Positions 60,293-64,000 of a stretch of 64,000 nt of DNA are shown here, in pieces. Origin of the DNA: Acidobacteriota bacterium (GTDB taxonomy: Bacteria > Acidobacteriota > UBA4820 > DSQY01); the NCBI GenBank assembly GCA_049967655.1, contig JBMFSH010000013.1:1-64000 (forward strand). Reading direction: 5' to 3'. A program made the position numbers and the translations under genes. Within the stretch, counting starts at the first letter, position 1. Each line of letters opens with the position of its first letter. Below the pieces are notes generated by a model that saw only the letters and a program-made list of their open reading frames with translations, was not told where the DNA came from and searched no databases.

Positions 60293-60738
60293 GGCACAGG
60301 AGCCGAGGTTCCACGACCTTCCCCGCCCTGATTTGGCTGCTGGCCCTGTTGGCGGTGGTGCTGTGCCTGCCCCTGCTCTTCCTGGGGGCGATCTTCGTCC
60401 TCTCGGCCTTCCACCCCGACGCGGTGGCGCAGGGCAAGAGCCTCCCCAGGGCGGCGATCGGTGGAATCCTCCTGCTGGGAGGCCTGCTGCTGGTTGCTCT
60501 GGCCGTGGTCCTCGCCCGCAATGCCATGCGGGACAACGGCCGGCCGGGGGATCTCTCCGGTGGCGTGGCCGGGGGGCAGGAGCCGCCGGGAGAGATCCAT
60601 CTCAAGGCGCTCAACTGCCCGCACTGCGGCGGCCAGGTGGATGCCTCCACGGCGCGCCTGAATCCCGAGGGGACGCTCACCCTCACCTGCCCCTACTGCA
60701 AGGGCTCCTTCCTGATCCAGGAGGAGCCAAAGTGGTGA
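60289..60738 (+). CDS. Two-TM membrane protein with C-terminal zinc ribbon
   Basis: Two hydrophobic helices, then CPHCGG...CPYCKG...EEPKW; ATGA overlap with the phosphatase gene. Confidence 0.75.
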   Translation: MRHRSRGSTTFPALIWLLALLAVVLCLPLLFLGAIFVLSAFHPDAVAQGKSLPRAAIGGILLLGGLLLVALAVVLARNAMRDNGRPGDLSGGVAGGQEPPGEIHLKALNCPHCGGQVDASTARLNPEGTLTLTCPYCKGSFLIQEEPKW

Positions 60739-60869
60739 TCGCGGCGAAGCCGCGATCACCATCCCGAGGGCTTCCTCAAAGGCAGTCCCCGGAGGGATCG
60801 GGTGGTTCTCGAGGAGATTGATGGGCGAAAGCGCGGCGAAGGCCGCCCGCTTCGGAGGGAGAAAGGATC

Positions 60870-62408
60870 ATGAAGAGACTGTTCGTGGCCTTGGTGGCCG
60901 TGGCGGTGGGCCTCTCCGTCCTGGCCGATTACCGGTTCGAGGTGCCGCAGAACCGCAGCGTCGTCGAAGTGAATCGCGATGCCTCCATCACCATTCGGTA
61001 CGCCATCACCTTCCGGAATCAGGGACAGCCGATCGACGTCATCGACGTGGGCCTCCCCGACGGCCAGTACGATCTGAAGGGGGTGAAGGCGGACCTGGAC
61101 GGGGCGCCCCTGACGGATATCCGGCCCTCTTCCTACCTCCAGTACGGGGTGGAGGTCCACCTAGGCGAGAGGGCCATTGCCGCGGGCTCCGAGGGGACGC
61201 TGCACCTCTCGGCCGTGGCCAAGAACAGGGTGTTCCCCGACAGCAAGGACCCCTCCTACGCCAGCCTTGAATTCAGCCCCACTTGGTACGGCTCGCAGTA
61301 CACCTCGGGGACCACTCTCCTGGTCTGCAGCTTCATCTTCCCGGAAGGCGTGGGGCCTGACGATCCCCGTTACCACGGTAGGCCTTTCACCTCGGCCCGG
61401 GTGGAGCAGGGCCGGGTCATCTACACGTGGGACCGGCCGAACGCCTCTCCCTCTCGCCAATACACCTTCGGGGCATCGTTCCCGGCCAAGGTCATGGAGC
61501 GTCTGGCCGCCGTTCCGAAGGGGCCGGGGCCGGCAGCCGCGATAGCGGCGGCCATGGGGACGCTCATCCTCGGCGCCTTGCCCTGCGTCTTCGTGGTCGC
61601 CTTCTTCGGCCTCTTCATCCTGGTGATCGTCCAGTCCCGGCGCCGGCGCCTCCAGTACCTGCCGCCCAGCATCGGGATGGAGGGAGTGGAGGTGCGGAGG
61701 GGGCTGACGGTGCCCGAGGTGGCCGTCCTCATGGAGGAGCCCGTGGACAAGGTGATGGCCCTCCTCCTCTTCGGAATGATCCGCAAGAACCTCGTGAAGG
61801 TCGTGGGGCGATCGCCCCTGAAGCTGGAGCTGGTACCCGGGGAGTCCCCGGCCGCGGACTACGAGCAGGCCTTCGCCAAGGCCGTTCAGGACGACGGACG
61901 AATCAGCGAGAAGGAGGCGGTGGCGGTCCTGACGGATCTCATCAAGCGGGTCCAAGAGAAGATGAAGGGCTTCAGCCGGAAGAAGAGCGTCCTCTACTAC
62001 CAAGAGATCATGAGGAAGGCGTGGGAGCAGGTGGGGAGCCAGGACTACGCCCAGGCCTTCGAGTGGATGCTCCTGGACCGTGAGTTCGGTCAGCGGGCCG
62101 CCCAGCGTTTCGGGAGCAACCCCATGCCGCTCCCCGTCTGGTGGGTGCCCCTGTACACCGGCCAGACGGCCGGCGCTACGGTAGGTGGGGCGCCCGCTCC
62201 GAGCCCCGTGGCGGCGGCCAACACCGTTGTGACGGGGCTGGAGGGGTTCGCCCACGACCTGGTGAACAGCGTCCCCGGCCTCGCCACCCAGGTCACCGAG
62301 CGGACGAATCCCGTGCCGCAGTCTTCGGGGAGCGCTTCGGGAGGCGGCTGTGCCTGTGCGTGCGCTTGCGCCGGCTGCGCCTGCGCCTGCGCGGGAGGCG
62401 GAAGATGA
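60870..62408 (+). CDS. Membrane protein (DUF2207-like exported domain) with a C-terminal Cys/Ala repeat tail
   Basis: Signal peptide, beta-rich domain, TM segment followed by RRRR, helical domain, end SGGGCACACACAGCACACAGGGR*. Confidence 0.85.
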   Translation: MKRLFVALVAVAVGLSVLADYRFEVPQNRSVVEVNRDASITIRYAITFRNQGQPIDVIDVGLPDGQYDLKGVKADLDGAPLTDIRPSSYLQYGVEVHLGERAIAAGSEGTLHLSAVAKNRVFPDSKDPSYASLEFSPTWYGSQYTSGTTLLVCSFIFPEGVGPDDPRYHGRPFTSARVEQGRVIYTWDRPNASPSRQYTFGASFPAKVMERLAAVPKGPGPAAAIAAAMGTLILGALPCVFVVAFFGLFILVIVQSRRRRLQYLPPSIGMEGVEVRRGLTVPEVAVLMEEPVDKVMALLLFGMIRKNLVKVVGRSPLKLELVPGESPAADYEQAFAKAVQDDGRISEKEAVAVLTDLIKRVQEKMKGFSRKKSVLYYQEIMRKAWEQVGSQDYAQAFEWMLLDREFGQRAAQRFGSNPMPLPVWWVPLYTGQTAGATVGGAPAPSPVAAANTVVTGLEGFAHDLVNSVPGLATQVTERTNPVPQSSGSASGGGCACACACAGCACACAGGGR

Positions 62409-62469
62409 ACGGCCCGAAGGGAAATAGGCTCGACCTGGTGCTCGGCAGTGAGGCCAAAGGGAGGATGCC

Positions 62470-63816
62470 ATGGGGCTGAGAGACCTCTTCAGGAGAACCG
62501 AGCGGGTCAAGGCGGGACTCTACCCGGGAACCCTCGTCGTGGAGGGGACCGCCCACCGGATTCACCTCCGGGTCGAGCCCTCGGGAGCCGGGATCCTCAC
62601 CCTCGACGCCAGCCGGATCCTCCACCTGAACCCCACCGCGGCGGAGATGGTGAAGCACCTGGTGGACGGGTTGAGCGAGCCCGAGACGGTGGAACTCATG
62701 GCCCGGCGCTATCGCGTGAAGCGCGCCGTATTGGAGCCGGACCTCTCGCGCATCCTCCAGGCGGTGCGCACGCTCTCCGCCACGGACCAGGTCTGTCCCC
62801 TGTCGGACCTGGGGATCGAGCTCATCGAACCCTTCTCAACCGCCATGAGCGCCCCGCTGCGCATGGACTTGGCCCTCACCTACCGCTGCCAGAACCGGTG
62901 CAGCCACTGCTACAACCAGGAGTTCAGGGAGGTCTCCGAGCTGGACACGGCAGGCTGGAGGCGGGTGCTGGAGGCCTGCGAGTCGGCGGGAATCCCGCAC
63001 GTGGTCTTCACGGGAGGCGAGCCCACGCTCCGCGACGACCTTCCCGTGCTGGTGGCCTACGCGGGAGAACTGGGGCTGGTCACGGGCCTCAACACCAACG
63101 GGCGGCGCCTGCGGGACGCCGCCTACACGGGGGCGCTTCGGGAGGCCGGTCTGGATCACGTCCAGATCACCCTGGAGTCGGCCGATCCAAGCCTCCACAA
63201 CGCCCTGACTCGATCCGACTCCTTCGAGGAGACCCTGGCCGGGCTCCGCGAGTCCAAGGCTTCGGGCCTCTTCACCCTGACCAACACCACGCTCACGCGG
63301 GTCAACCTGCCCGGCATCGAAAATCTCGTGGACCTGGTGGCCGCCGAGGGTCTCGGCACCTTCGCCGTCAACGGGATGATCTACTCGGGCAAGGGCAAGA
63401 GCTCGGGCATCGACCTCACCTCGCGGGAGGTCGTCCCCGTTCTGGAGACGCTGGCCCGGCTGGCCCGCGAAAAGGGTCTCCGCTTCGTCTGGTACACCCC
63501 GACGCGGTACTGCGAGCTGAACCCCGTGGAGATGGCGCTCGGCGTCAAGCAGTGCACGGCGGCCCGATTGAGCATGGCGGTCGAGCCGGACGGAACGGTC
63601 ATTCCCTGCCAATCCTATTACGAAGGCGTAGGCAACCTTCTGACCGATTCATGGGAGTCCATCTGGAACCACCCCCTCTGCCTCAAGCTCCGTCAGCCCC
63701 AGAAGCCCCTGCCCGAGTGCGAGGCCTGCGAGCACCTCAGCCTCTGCGGGGGCGGGTGTCCGCTGGAGGCTGCGCACCAGAAGCTGACCTGCCGCGAGGT
63801 GGCGAGCGGGGGGTGA
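62470..63816 (+). CDS. Radical SAM/SPASM protein with N-terminal PqqD/RRE-like domain
   Basis: LHLNPTAAEMV..L.DG...ET...MA.RY.V (PqqD-like); CQNRCSHC; FTGGEP; NTNG; SPASM C..IPC..GNL..CEAC-x5-C-GGG-C. Confidence 0.92.
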   Translation: MGLRDLFRRTERVKAGLYPGTLVVEGTAHRIHLRVEPSGAGILTLDASRILHLNPTAAEMVKHLVDGLSEPETVELMARRYRVKRAVLEPDLSRILQAVRTLSATDQVCPLSDLGIELIEPFSTAMSAPLRMDLALTYRCQNRCSHCYNQEFREVSELDTAGWRRVLEACESAGIPHVVFTGGEPTLRDDLPVLVAYAGELGLVTGLNTNGRRLRDAAYTGALREAGLDHVQITLESADPSLHNALTRSDSFEETLAGLRESKASGLFTLTNTTLTRVNLPGIENLVDLVAAEGLGTFAVNGMIYSGKGKSSGIDLTSREVVPVLETLARLAREKGLRFVWYTPTRYCELNPVEMALGVKQCTAARLSMAVEPDGTVIPCQSYYEGVGNLLTDSWESIWNHPLCLKLRQPQKPLPECEACEHLSLCGGGCPLEAAHQKLTCREVASGG

Positions 63817-63976
63817 GGGAGCCGCCGCAGGGCGAAGGGGAGCGGGGGAACGGGGAGGTTCCCCCGCGCGCAGGGCATCCCGCGCAAGGGCCGGGAGGAG
63901 CAGCGAGCCGGCGAAGCCGGTGAAGCGCCGAGGAGGGCCGGCCGAGGCCCTCCTCGGGGAGCGCCAGTGGCGCGAC

Positions 63977-64000
63977 GCGGGGGCGGGTGTCCGCTGGAGG
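63977..64000 (+). repeat. Exact 24-bp copy of 63746-63769, cut by the window edge
   Basis: GCGGGGGCGGGTGTCCGCTGGAGG at both positions. Confidence 0.8.

Noticed and set aside
62349..62393. CACAC tail as a DNA microsatellite or phase-variable tract
   Set aside because: Synonymous codons differ from unit to unit, so it is not a pure DNA repeat.
62405..62479. Small ORF MNGPKGNRLDLVLGSEAKGRMPWG between the tail protein and the radical SAM gene as the precursor peptide
   Set aside because: No Cys or recognisable core, and it overlaps the RBS and start of the next gene; only conservation in relatives could rescue it.
1..64000. CRISPR array, prophage, integrase, rRNA
   Set aside because: No regularly spaced repeat-spacer array, phage or integrase motifs, or rRNA signatures were seen.

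Overview
High-GC bacterial chromosomal window, probably from an anaerobic or facultative diderm (waaA, TolC, multiheme cytochrome c, 2-hydroxyacyl-CoA dehydratase); the lineage cannot be fixed from sequence alone. Most of it is housekeeping: typA, a dcw cluster from mraZ to ftsZ with no murB or ddl, lipA, tRNA-fMet, secA, RNase P RNA, waaA, a TetR-controlled ABC efflux operon, pepF and marR-wrbA. The best candidate for an undescribed system is the operon at about 59.6-63.8 kb: an exported tyrosine phosphatase, a membrane zinc-ribbon protein, a 512-aa membrane protein ending in GGG-CACACACAGCACAC-AGGGR, and a radical SAM/SPASM enzyme with an N-terminal PqqD/RRE-like domain. This looks like RiPP-type modification of the tail of a full-size membrane protein. 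Other points of interest: a roughly 260-bp MITE-like element (3 full copies and 2 relics; one copy replaced the C-terminus of a TolC), a cluster of DnaA-box-like 9-mers at about 43.1-43.4 kb, MraZ, TetR and MarR operator candidates, a truncated pirin gene, and a 24-bp duplication of the radical SAM gene's 3' region at the right edge. All family assignments come from motif recognition by eye, not from database searches.
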